From NCBI RefSeq assembly GCF_017309585.1, contig NZ_CP071321.1, positions 156,335-220,334 on the forward strand: a stretch of DNA of 64,000 nt. The letters are read 5' to 3'. This document shows positions 28,823-38,038 of this stretch, piece after piece (positions within the stretch are counted from its first letter, which is position 1; each line of letters opens with the position of its first letter). This DNA comes from Nitrogeniibacter aestuarii. GTDB lineage: Bacteria > Pseudomonadota > Gammaproteobacteria > Burkholderiales > Rhodocyclaceae. The notes under the pieces were generated by a model. The model saw only the letters and a list, made by a program, of their open reading frames with translations. It was not told the DNA's origin and made no database searches. The position numbers and the translations under genes are program-made.

Positions 28823-30469
28823 TCACGGCGTCTGCCCGGTGTTTGCGGGGCCTTGAGCGATGTCGGACCAGGCCAGCTCGAACTTCGCCAGATACTTGCG
28901 CAGGCGGTCGGCGTCGTTGACCACCTTCCGCTCGGTGCGCGAGATGTCGAACAGCTGTCGGCCGGCCTCCGACAGGCTCTTGCAGCGACGGCATTCGGCC
29001 ACTACTGCGGCCAGTTGAAGCCGGTCGAAACGATCGAGCGCATCGAGCCGATCCCCCAGCAGGGCGCGCAGACCGGCGGCGTCCGTCTCGCCGGCCTCCA
29101 CCGCCCACGCGTGTCTGAGGCGCTCGATTTCCTCTGCCACAATCGCCTCGTTGATCCGCCCGGCATCCGCCAGGGTCGCCATACGCGTGACCGAGGCCGA
29201 CAGCTCGCGAAAGTTGCCGCTCCAGCGCGCCTCGGGCGAGGTGGCAAAGCGCAGCCAGGCGCGTTTGGCCTCCACGTTGAAGCGCACTGCCTTGCCCAGT
29301 TCGCGGGCATGGCGCTCGAGTTCGAAATCCAGGTTGGGTTCGATGTCCTCGACCCGTTCGGCCAGGCCCGGCAGGGGGAAGGTCCACAGGTTGATCCGGG
29401 CATAGAGGTCTTCGCGGAATTTGCCCTCGCGCACCCATTGGCGCAGGTCGCGGTGGGTGCCGGCGATGAGCATGAAGTCGCTGCTCACCTCGGTGTCGCC
29501 GCCAAAGGGAAAGAAGTGCTTCTCTTCAATCGCCTTGAGCAGCATCGCCTGCTCGTCCAGGCCCAGCTCGCCGATTTCGTCCAGAAACAGCATGCCGTCG
29601 TGGGCCGCCCGCAGCAGGCCGGCGCGCTCGGTCTGCGCACCGGTAAAAGCCCCCTTCACATGGCCGAACAGGGCCGACATGGCCATGTCGCCGCGCAGGG
29701 TGGCGCAGTTCACCTCAACAAATCGCCCCTTCACCTGGTGACGGCGCTGGCGCAGTTCGAAAATGCGTCGTGCCAGAAAGCTCTTGCCCGCGCCGGTGGG
29801 CCCTACCAGCAGCACCGGCGCGGTGGAGCGCACCGCCACCTTCTCGATCTGCTCGATGGTGCGGTTGAAGGTGGCGTTGCGGGTGGCGATACCGCTCTTG
29901 AGGAAAGAGACGGTCTCCTCCGCCTCGCGGGCAAAGCGGGTGGCAATGGCGTCGTAGCGGGACAGATCCAGATCGATGACGGTGTGGGTGCCGCGCACGT
30001 CGCGGGGTTCGCCTTCGTTGGCCTCAGTGCGGCGCTTGCGCGGTGGCGCGGTCTGAAGCAGCCGCGCGGGCAGATAGTGCGCCTCGGTGAGCAGAAACCA
30101 GCAGATCTGCGCCACATGGGTGCCGGTGGTGATGTGGACGAGGTAGTCCTCGGCCTCGGTGTCGAAGGCATAGCCACGGGCGAAATCGTGCAGCGCGCCG
30201 TAAACCTCGCCGAAGTCCCACGGGTCGCGCAGCTCGATCTCCACCGAGCGCACCTCCGTCGCGGGCGACACCTCGGCAATGTCGAGCTTCACCTTGCTGG
30301 CCAGCCCCCGATTGCGGGCGTCGTGGATCAACTCGAGCCGATGCACCGGCAGGCCGTCCTGCTGGCACAGCCCCACCGTGGGTCGCCATTTCTGCCAGCG
30401 TTGCTGCCCCCGGCCACCGTAGTCGAGCACGGTGCCGAGAAAGCCGATCACGACGTTCTTGCGGTTCAT
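28823..30469 (-). CDS. rtcR: RtcR, sigma54-dependent transcriptional activator with N-terminal CARF domain
   Basis: N-terminal MNRKNVVIGFLGTVLDYGG (CARF-type). AAA+ sigma54 interaction module with Walker A GPTGAGKS and GAFTGA motif (HVKGAFTGA). C-terminal HTH. Divergent from an rtcB-containing operon. Confidence 0.85.
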   Translation of the reverse strand: MNRKNVVIGFLGTVLDYGGRGQQRWQKWRPTVGLCQQDGLPVHRLELIHDARNRGLASKVKLDIAEVSPATEVRSVEIELRDPWDFGEVYGALHDFARGYAFDTEAEDYLVHITTGTHVAQICWFLLTEAHYLPARLLQTAPPRKRRTEANEGEPRDVRGTHTVIDLDLSRYDAIATRFAREAEETVSFLKSGIATRNATFNRTIEQIEKVAVRSTAPVLLVGPTGAGKSFLARRIFELRQRRHQVKGRFVEVNCATLRGDMAMSALFGHVKGAFTGAQTERAGLLRAAHDGMLFLDEIGELGLDEQAMLLKAIEEKHFFPFGGDTEVSSDFMLIAGTHRDLRQWVREGKFREDLYARINLWTFPLPGLAERVEDIEPNLDFELERHARELGKAVRFNVEAKRAWLRFATSPEARWSGNFRELSASVTRMATLADAGRINEAIVAEEIERLRHAWAVEAGETDAAGLRALLGDRLDALDRFDRLQLAAVVAECRRCKSLSEAGRQLFDISRTERKVVNDADRLRKYLAKFELAWSDIAQGPANTGQTP

Positions 30470-30805
30470 GAGTTTCGCCAGAAAGATAAAAAACTAGCCA
30501 TTTGTATCTGATTTTAGCGACCGTGTTAAGCGCGTACATGACGAATGGCAATGCCGATAAAAAATTTTGTCTATTGAAAACATGAGTTTGCGATCTTTTT
30601 GAATCCTCTGTCGTATTTCTGGCACGCCCTTCGCAGTACAGAGATCAACCGCGGAATCACCGCTGGAGTACGGGTTGAGGTTCTGGATGCCTCGCCGGTG
30701 CGCTCCCGCCGGATGACGTTGTGTGGGGCGTATGCCGCCTCGGTGAAGAAACGGTGTGCTGGATGCGTGTTGGTACGTTGATTCAGGTTCGACTCCTGAC
30801 ATCCC

Positions 30806-30880
30806 CGTTCGGTAGCTCATTTGGATAGAGCAGCAGATTTCGATCTGTTGGTGGCGGGTTCGAATCCCGCTCGAACACCA
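30806..30880 (+). ncRNA. tRNA-like element (tRNA mimic or degenerate tRNA) with 3' CCA
   Basis: Canonical D-arm (TA-GCTC-ATTTGGATA-GAGC). Canonical T-arm (GCGGG-TTCGAAT-CCCGC). 6-7 bp acceptor pairing (CGTTCGG / TCGAACA) followed by encoded CCA. The anticodon arm is aberrant: CAGAT-TTCG-ATCTG with a UUCG-type tetraloop, or a 6-nt loop. Confidence 0.5.
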
Positions 30881-31126
30881 GCCTGATTAGCTGGCATTTA
30901 TTTCAAGCAGTACCCGCCGGTTGTGGCGGAAAGGGCGGCGGCCCACGCGGCCAACGCCCCGCCCGCCACCGCCGTGCCGGCCGGCCCTTGTGGCTCGCCA
31001 CGGGCAGCGATGGCAACACCTGACGGGTTGGAGGGCGCTTCGGTGACTTCCACTGCCCAAAGGCCTTGCCCCCGCACCCCGAGGCGCCCCGCAGGCGGCC
31101 CGCCGGCACGGCGACAGACTGGTAGA

Positions 31127-31390
31127 GGGGTCATCCCTCGCCATTCGCTGGATCGCGTTGTGCTCATGGCGCTTCGCTGGAACATCTTGAGGCTCGTCGC
31201 ATTGTGCGCATCTGCCTTTTGGAGGGATTCGCAGTAGCCATGAGCACAACCCTGCGGGCTCACCCCTGCTGGGCTCCATGGCCGCGTTGCGACTCCTTGA
31301 CTGGGGGCCACCCAGTCTGCGTCCCCGCGCCTTGCCCTGCAGCCCAGCAGGAGTGATCGCGCCAACGAATGGCGAGGGATGACCCCTCCC
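31127..31390. ncRNA. Candidate long-stem structured RNA (Y-RNA-like architecture) between rtcR and the band-7 gene
   Basis: 23-bp perfect inverted repeat: GAGGGGTCATCCCTCGCCATTCG at 31127-31149 and CGAATGGCGAGGGATGACCCCTC at 31368-31390. Extended by GATCGCG/CGCGATC. Internal hairpin GTGCTCATGGC...GCCATGAGCAC. No convincing ORF. Confidence 0.35.
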
Positions 31391-31426
31391 GGCCACAAGC
31401 CGAAAACAGATGATTGGAGAATAAAA

Positions 31427-32575
31427 ATGAACATGTTGTGGAAGCGATTCGTGGTGAACCAGACCCAGCGCGCGCTGTTGCTGCGCGAGGGCAACTTCGA
31501 GCGTGTGCTCGAGCCGGGTGTGCATCGTGTGATGGACCCGTTCGACCGCTACGCCATCCAGTGCTGGAGCGTGCAGGCGCCGCACTTTGATCACCCGCTG
31601 GCTGAAACCCTGCGTCGTGAGCGGGGCGCGGTGATCGAACAGTACTTCGATGTGATGGACACCAATGAAGATCAGGTGGGCCTGCGCTTCGAGAACAAGA
31701 TGCTGGTCGAGATCGTGCCGCCGGGCGCCCGTCGCCTGTACTGGAAAGGCCCGGCCGAGGTGCGCTTCGAGGTGGTCGAGCTGGCCGAAGGCGCCGAGGT
31801 GCCGGCGCGTGTGGCGCGTCTGCTGAACCAGTCCAACCTGCGTAGCCGCGTGGTGACCGGGCTGGCCGGGGTGTTGAGCCTGCAAGTGCCGGCCTGGCAT
31901 CTGGGTGTGCTGAAGATCGACGGCAAGGTCGAGCGCCTGCTGGAGCCTGGTTTCGTGGCCTTCTGGCGCTTCAACCGCGAGGTGAGCGTCGAGCTGGTCG
32001 ATACCCGTCTGCAAACCTTGGAAGTGAGCGGGCAGGAGATCCTGACCCGCGACAAGGTCGGCCTGCGGGTGAACCTTGCCGCCACCTGGCGCTTTGCCGA
32101 CGTGCTGGCTGCGTTTGCCGCCACACCGAAGCCGGTGGAGCACCTGTACCGCGAACTGCAGTTCGGTTTGCGGGCGGCGGTGGGCACCCGGTCGCTCGAT
32201 GAGTTGCTGGAAAACAAGCAGCTCATCGACGAGGTGGTGAGCCAGCACCTGGCCCAGAAGCTGGCCGGGCAGGGCATCGAGGTGCATAGCGTGGGCGTGC
32301 GGGACATCGTTCTGCCGGGCGAGATGAAGACGATTCTCGCCCAGGTGGTCGAGGCGGAGAAATCCGCCCAGGCGAACGTGATCCGTCGCCGCGAAGAAAC
32401 CGCCGCCACCCGCTCGCTGCTCAACACCGCCAAGGTGATGGAAGAGAACCCGACGGCCCTGCGCCTGAAGGAGCTCGAAACCCTGGAGCGTGTGGCCGAG
32501 CGTATCGACCGCATCTCGGTGTTCGGTGGCCTGGACCAGGTGCTGAACGGCCTGGTGAGCATCAAGTCCGGGTGA
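31427..32575 (+). CDS. SPFH/band-7 (stomatin/prohibitin-like) domain protein
   Basis: 382 aa from MNMLWKRF with RBS GGAGAATAAAAATG. Band-7 core. Characteristic C-terminal coiled-coil (IRRREETAATRSLLNTAKVMEENPTALRLKELETLERVAE). Confidence 0.8.
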   Translation: MNMLWKRFVVNQTQRALLLREGNFERVLEPGVHRVMDPFDRYAIQCWSVQAPHFDHPLAETLRRERGAVIEQYFDVMDTNEDQVGLRFENKMLVEIVPPGARRLYWKGPAEVRFEVVELAEGAEVPARVARLLNQSNLRSRVVTGLAGVLSLQVPAWHLGVLKIDGKVERLLEPGFVAFWRFNREVSVELVDTRLQTLEVSGQEILTRDKVGLRVNLAATWRFADVLAAFAATPKPVEHLYRELQFGLRAAVGTRSLDELLENKQLIDEVVSQHLAQKLAGQGIEVHSVGVRDIVLPGEMKTILAQVVEAEKSAQANVIRRREETAATRSLLNTAKVMEENPTALRLKELETLERVAERIDRISVFGGLDQVLNGLVSIKSG

Positions 32576-32654
32576 GATTGGGACACGGCTTCGCCCGTGT
32601 CGGCCCGGCCGGGTGCGAGGCGATGGCTTCGCACCCGTTGGGGGAGGGCTTGGC

Positions 32655-32865
32655 GGGGCTGAGCGCGAAATGGCGAGCGGCCGGAAATGATTGCCGATAC
32701 CGGTGAAGGGTAAAACCGAAGGCTTTGGAAACGGGCGGTATTTGAGGATGCAGCTGCGGGGTCTGCGTAAGGTTCCGTACGTGGCGCGCGTTTAAAGCAC
32801 TGTTTCGCACGGGTGTCATGCCCCGTGTCGGCCTATTGCGGGTTCGAGTCCCGCCAGCCCCGCCA
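32655..32865 (+). ncRNA. Candidate structured RNA with tRNA/tmRNA-like terminal module
   Basis: 5' GGGGCTG pairs with 3' CAGCCCC, which is followed by discriminator G and CCA. Perfect T-arm GCGGG-TTCGAGT-CCCGC sits immediately before the 3' acceptor strand. Internal hairpins (CACGGG...CCCGTG; CCGG...CCGG). No tmRNA tag ORF. ~211 nt. Confidence 0.45.
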
Positions 32866-32913
32866 AGCCCTTCCCGGAGGGGAAAACGTTGCCCGGATGC
32901 ACGGGAGTGAAAC

Positions 32914-33321
32914 ATGAAAAGCAACAAACAACGCCGCGCCGAAATCATGGCGGCCCGACGCCAGCGCAAGCGGCTGCGGACGGTGGCGACTCAACTCGAG
33001 CAGCGCCGCGTGCCGCTCGCGGCCAACGCCCTGCCGGTGGACGCGGCCGCGCTGATGCCCACCAACAGTTACGGCGCACCCGTGTGGCAGACGCGCGGTT
33101 TCTATCTGGACCTTGCCTTCACCTGCAAGGACTGCGGTGCCGAGTGCCTGTGGACGGCGCAGCGACAGAAGTGGTGGTATGAAGTGGCCAAGGGCCACCC
33201 CGATTCCACCGCCGTGCGATGCAAACCCTGCCGCGCCAAAGAGCGCGCCAGAAAAGAGACGGCCCGCCGTGTGGCGCTGGCCGGTCTGCAAAAGAAAATG
33301 GAAGCAAAGGAACACCCATGA
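32914..33321 (+). CDS. zinc-ribbon domain protein (135 aa), translationally coupled to rtcB
   Basis: CKDCGAEC...RCKPCRA four-Cys ribbon. Basic N-terminus. Stop overlaps the rtcB ATG (ATGA). Possible weak sigma54-like GG-N10-GC element (AGGGGAAAACGTTGCC) about 20 nt upstream. Confidence 0.6.
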   Translation: MKSNKQRRAEIMAARRQRKRLRTVATQLEQRRVPLAANALPVDAAALMPTNSYGAPVWQTRGFYLDLAFTCKDCGAECLWTAQRQKWWYEVAKGHPDSTAVRCKPCRAKERARKETARRVALAGLQKKMEAKEHP

Positions 33322-34553
33322 AGATCGAACAACAACACGATCACGACATCCTGCACGCGGGACAGGGCGCGCCCATCAAGCTGTGGACCCACGGCGTGCC
33401 GGTCGAAGACGATGCCCGCCAGCAACTCATCAACACCGCGCAGATGCCCTTCATCTACAAGCATCTGGCCGTGATGCCGGATGTGCATCTGGGCAAGGGC
33501 TCGACCATCGGCAGCGTGATCCCCACCCGTGGCGCCATCATCCCGGCGGCCGTCGGTGTGGATATCGGCTGCGGCATGATGGCCGCCCGCACCACGCTCA
33601 CCGCGGCCGACCTGCCGGACAACCTGCACGGCCTGCGCACCGCCATCGAAAAGGCCGTGCCGCACGGGCGCAACATGACCCGAGGCAAGCGCGACCAGGG
33701 GAGCTGGGGTCGCCCGCCCGAGCTGGTGGATGCTTACTGGAAGGCGCTGCTGCCGGGCTTCAACCGCATTACCGAAAAGGCGCCGCGTTTGAAGAACACC
33801 AACAACCATAACCATTTGGGGACGCTCGGTACGGGCAACCACTTCATCGAAGTGTGCCTGGATGAGGCCGAGCGCGTGTGGATCATGCTGCATTCGGGTT
33901 CGCGCGGTGTGGGCAACGCCATCGGCCGCCACTACATCGAACTGGCCCAGGCCGACATGCGCCAGCACATCGCCAATCTGCCGGACCGCGACCTCGCCTA
34001 CTTCGAAGAAGGCTCGCAGCACTTCGACGACTATGTCGAGGCCGTGGGCTGGGCGCAGGACTACGCCCGCAAGAACCGCGAAGTGATGATGCAGCACGTG
34101 ATCGCCGCCACCCGTACCGTGATCGAAAAGCCCTTCCAGGCGGATGTGGAGGCGGTGAACTGCCACCACAACTACGTGCAGCGCGAAACCCACTTCGGGC
34201 ACAAGGTGCTGGTGACGCGAAAAGGCGCTGTGTCCGCCCAGAAAGGCCAGCTCGGCATCATCCCCGGCTCCATGGGCGCACGCAGCTACATCGTGCGCGG
34301 CAAGGGCAACCCGGAGAGCTTCTGCTCATGCAGCCACGGAGCAGGACGCACCATGAGCCGCAACGCCGCCAAGAAGCGTTTCTCGATCGAAGACCAGATT
34401 CGCGCGACCGAAGGCGTGGAATGCCGCAAGGATGCATCGGTGATTGACGAAATCCCGATGGCGTATAAGGATATCGACGCCGTCATGGCCGCGCAGGACG
34501 CGCTGGTGGAGGTGGTGCACACCTTGAAGCAGGTGGTGTGTGTGAAGGGGTGA
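33318..34553 (+). CDS. rtcB: RNA-splicing ligase RtcB (3'-phosphate/5'-hydroxyl RNA ligase)
   Basis: 411 aa. HLGKGSTIGSVIPT, GVDIGCGM, HNHLGTLGTGNHFIE, MLHSGSRGVGNAIG, NCHHNY and AHGAGR motifs of RtcB. Confidence 0.9.
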   Translation: MKIEQQHDHDILHAGQGAPIKLWTHGVPVEDDARQQLINTAQMPFIYKHLAVMPDVHLGKGSTIGSVIPTRGAIIPAAVGVDIGCGMMAARTTLTAADLPDNLHGLRTAIEKAVPHGRNMTRGKRDQGSWGRPPELVDAYWKALLPGFNRITEKAPRLKNTNNHNHLGTLGTGNHFIEVCLDEAERVWIMLHSGSRGVGNAIGRHYIELAQADMRQHIANLPDRDLAYFEEGSQHFDDYVEAVGWAQDYARKNREVMMQHVIAATRTVIEKPFQADVEAVNCHHNYVQRETHFGHKVLVTRKGAVSAQKGQLGIIPGSMGARSYIVRGKGNPESFCSCSHGAGRTMSRNAAKKRFSIEDQIRATEGVECRKDASVIDEIPMAYKDIDAVMAAQDALVEVVHTLKQVVCVKG

Positions 34554-34583
34554 TAGCTAAAATAAATTTGCTCTGGGGCTAGT

Positions 34584-35948
34584 ATGGATAATCTGAATTA
34601 TTCCGAATCTGATTTTGGTGAAAGGTTAAACAAAGTACTTTCAGCGTCAAAGCCGATAAACAGCATTGAATTTTTAAAAGGTAGAGATAGAGAGCTAGAA
34701 ACCATAAAACGCGCTCTATACGCTGACGGGAGGCACGTTTTTATCTTCGGAGATCGAGGTGTCGGGAAGAGTTCACTGGGCCAAACTGCTGCGATCGCAT
34801 ACCAAAGTTCGGATGCAGAACCAATCTTCGTTTCGGGGTCACCTGACGATTCATTCTCATCCATAGTGGCCAACATAGTGGCGCGAGCGATTAGCAAGCC
34901 GCGTACGAAAAGCGTAAAAAATTCGAAAAAAATTTCGCTTTCTTTTAGAGGTCTTTCGATTGGTGAAGGGGAAGATGTCAGCCCAATCGATATCGAATCT
35001 AACATCCAAACAATTGGTGATGCTGTTGAACTGCTCAGGCAGGCTGGAAAAGAGCACTCAGCTAAGCCTATCATTGTAATTGACGAGTTTGATACGATTT
35101 CCAGTCTCGATGAGAGAAACAAGTTCTCATATCTTCTCAAGCAGTTGGGAGATCAAGCAGTAAACATCAAATTCATTTTTACTGGAATTGCTCGGTCTCT
35201 AGATGAATTATTAGGAGTGCATCAATCGGCGTATCGGCAACTCGAGACAGTTGAACTGCCTCGCCTTGGCTGGGACGCTCGCCGCGAAATCGTAACTTCA
35301 ACTGCGGCTGCATTCAATATCACTGTGGATAACGATGTAAATTGGCGCATATGTATGGTGAGCGATGGGTATCCATACTACATACATCTTGTGTTGGAAA
35401 AGATTTTATGGGCAGCTTACATTCTAGAGCCTGATATCTCGGAGATTGGATGGGATTTGTTTCATGAAGGTTTGCACGAAGCCATTTTGGCAACAAGTGC
35501 AGAGTTGAAGCGGCCTTACGAAAAAGCGGTATTGCACAGAGAAGAATCATACGAAGATGTTGTATGGGCAACCGCTGATCATGACGATTTAATGAGGTCG
35601 TTGAATGATATGTATGAATCGTACAGATTGGTTGTAGAAAAAAGGAATGATGCGCGCGAAGTTTTAGACCGGGGGAGATTTTCCGCGCTGGTGCGTAAGC
35701 TCAAAGACGCAAGCTACGGTTCTGTACTTACAAGTGTTGAGTCGCGTAAAGGCTGGTATTCCTACAGAGAAAAAATGCTACGCGGATTCGTTCGAATGCA
35801 AGCGCACGTTAACGGTGTCGAGTTGACTGGTGATCGACCAACGCCGAGACAGACGCAGCACGTTGGGAACGCGCGAAAGGGTTACAAAGGCGCAGCTTTG
35901 CCGCGCGGTGTTCGCCAGCGTTCAAAAATCGGAAGTTGGGACGATTGA
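34584..35948 (+). CDS. P-loop NTPase of the AAA_16/Arch_ATPase (ORC/Cdc6-like) type, encoded on a low-GC island
   Basis: Walker A (FIFGDRGVGKSSL) preceded by LKGRDRELETIKRAL. Walker B (PIIVIDEFD). 454 aa. Codon and GC content sharply lower than the flanks (AT-rich from 34555 to ~36540). Confidence 0.8.
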   Translation: MDNLNYSESDFGERLNKVLSASKPINSIEFLKGRDRELETIKRALYADGRHVFIFGDRGVGKSSLGQTAAIAYQSSDAEPIFVSGSPDDSFSSIVANIVARAISKPRTKSVKNSKKISLSFRGLSIGEGEDVSPIDIESNIQTIGDAVELLRQAGKEHSAKPIIVIDEFDTISSLDERNKFSYLLKQLGDQAVNIKFIFTGIARSLDELLGVHQSAYRQLETVELPRLGWDARREIVTSTAAAFNITVDNDVNWRICMVSDGYPYYIHLVLEKILWAAYILEPDISEIGWDLFHEGLHEAILATSAELKRPYEKAVLHREESYEDVVWATADHDDLMRSLNDMYESYRLVVEKRNDAREVLDRGRFSALVRKLKDASYGSVLTSVESRKGWYSYREKMLRGFVRMQAHVNGVELTGDRPTPRQTQHVGNARKGYKGAALPRGVRQRSKIGSWDD

Positions 35949-35964
35949 AAGCGGTGTTGCGAAA

Positions 35965-36040
35965 CAGGGGGCAGACCTCGGTATTTAACTTAATTAGCCA
36001 GGTTCGAATGTTGAGCGCCTAAAACCGAGCTCTGCCCCCT
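35965..36040. repeat. Long-stem hairpin downstream of the ATPase gene (possible terminator or element boundary)
   Basis: CAGGGGGCAGACCTCGGT ... ACCGAGCTCTGCCCCCT forms a ~16-bp stem around a 41-nt AT-rich loop that contains GGTTCGAAT. Followed by TATTTCGG. Confidence 0.35.
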
Positions 36041-36083
36041 ATTTCGGCTTGTGTGAAGGGGTGAGAGTTTCTGAGGGTTATGA

Positions 36084-36524
36084 ATGCACGTACTAAAAGA
36101 GGGTAAAGAAGCGTTCCTTGAGTTCTTGAGAAATTTGACGCCGCAAGCTTTGCTTTTGGGTATAGCATTGGTCTCGGGGCGCAATCTCACGCTCACGTGC
36201 TGCTACCCAGAAAATGCGGCACAAACTCTTGCGGCGTTCGGATTCGGTGGGCTCGCTCTGCTTGCAGCATGGTCGAGTTCAGCTCTATTTATTGAAAAAT
36301 ACTTCGTTGCAGCTGACGATATGGAGGGAATTTCGCTGCAACTTAAGCGGGATGGATTAGTCGGAATTAATTATATGAAAGAGCTACTCAAACACGCATG
36401 CCGAAGACACAAAATTCTTTTCGTTGAGGCAATTTTCATTGTTTTCGTAGTTGAGTTCGCGATTGCAGCAGTATTTGTAGTGGCAATTGCAAATGCAGCG
36501 GGAATTGTTCGACTAATGAAATAG
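36084..36524 (+). CDS. small membrane protein (146 aa) on the low-GC island
   Basis: 2-3 predicted TM helices (ALLLGIALVS, LAAFGFGGLALLAAW, FIVFVVEFAIAAVFVVAIANAA). Low-GC codon usage like the upstream ATPase. No homolog recognisable by eye. Confidence 0.45.
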   Translation: MHVLKEGKEAFLEFLRNLTPQALLLGIALVSGRNLTLTCCYPENAAQTLAAFGFGGLALLAAWSSSALFIEKYFVAADDMEGISLQLKRDGLVGINYMKELLKHACRRHKILFVEAIFIVFVVEFAIAAVFVVAIANAAGIVRLMK

Positions 36525-36769
36525 CCCGCGTAGGGCGCATTAACCGAAGGCCAATGCGCCGCATGTCTTCCGCGAAGCGTCTTCGACTCGACATACCCTC
36601 TTTCCAGGGAGCCCTGCACGCTCAACCCCGCTGACAAGGTCATTGACCCACTCGAGGTGGGGCGTTGTGGCGAATTCGCGCATGAAAAAGGCGACAGCCT
36701 CAACGGATAGCGCATTGCTGCCCTGCACCAAATTCGCGAGAATAAAGGCCACCAAGTTGGCAGGGGACG

Positions 36770-38038
<1,269 letters not shown>

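Noticed and set aside
30781-30805. Second T-arm-like motif CAGG-TTCGACT-CCTG just upstream of the tRNA mimic
   Set aside because: It has only a 4-bp stem and lacks any D-arm or acceptor partner. It may be part of a larger fold with the mimic, but is not callable alone.
30806-30880. Functional canonical tRNA gene
   Set aside because: D-arm, T-arm, acceptor and CCA are present, but the anticodon arm is a 5-bp stem with a 4-nt TTCG loop (or a 6-nt loop). No valid 7-nt anticodon loop can be drawn. It is called a tRNA mimic or pseudo-tRNA.
32655-32865. tmRNA (ssrA) call for the RNA with GGGGCUG...CAGCCCC-G-CCA ends
   Set aside because: At about 211 nt it is too short. It has no internal tag reading frame ending in an ALAA-type peptide plus stop, and no pseudoknot series. 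It is retained as an unclassified tRNA-like structured RNA.
32880-32905. Sigma54 promoter (GG-N10-GC) AGGGGAAAACGTTGCC upstream of the Zn-ribbon/rtcB genes. Other TGGCA-containing sites at 30891 and 31098 were also examined.
   Set aside because: Only the GG and GC dinucleotides fit. The flanking consensus (TGGCAC / TTGCA) is poor, and the first candidate would give a ~10-nt leader. It is mentioned as checkable but not annotated.
36540-36755. Minus-strand ORF (71 aa) at the distal edge of the low-GC island, possibly a gene fragment
   Set aside because: No start context, no motif, and it overlaps another spurious ORF. It could be a remnant of the inserted element, but nothing in the sequence confirms it.
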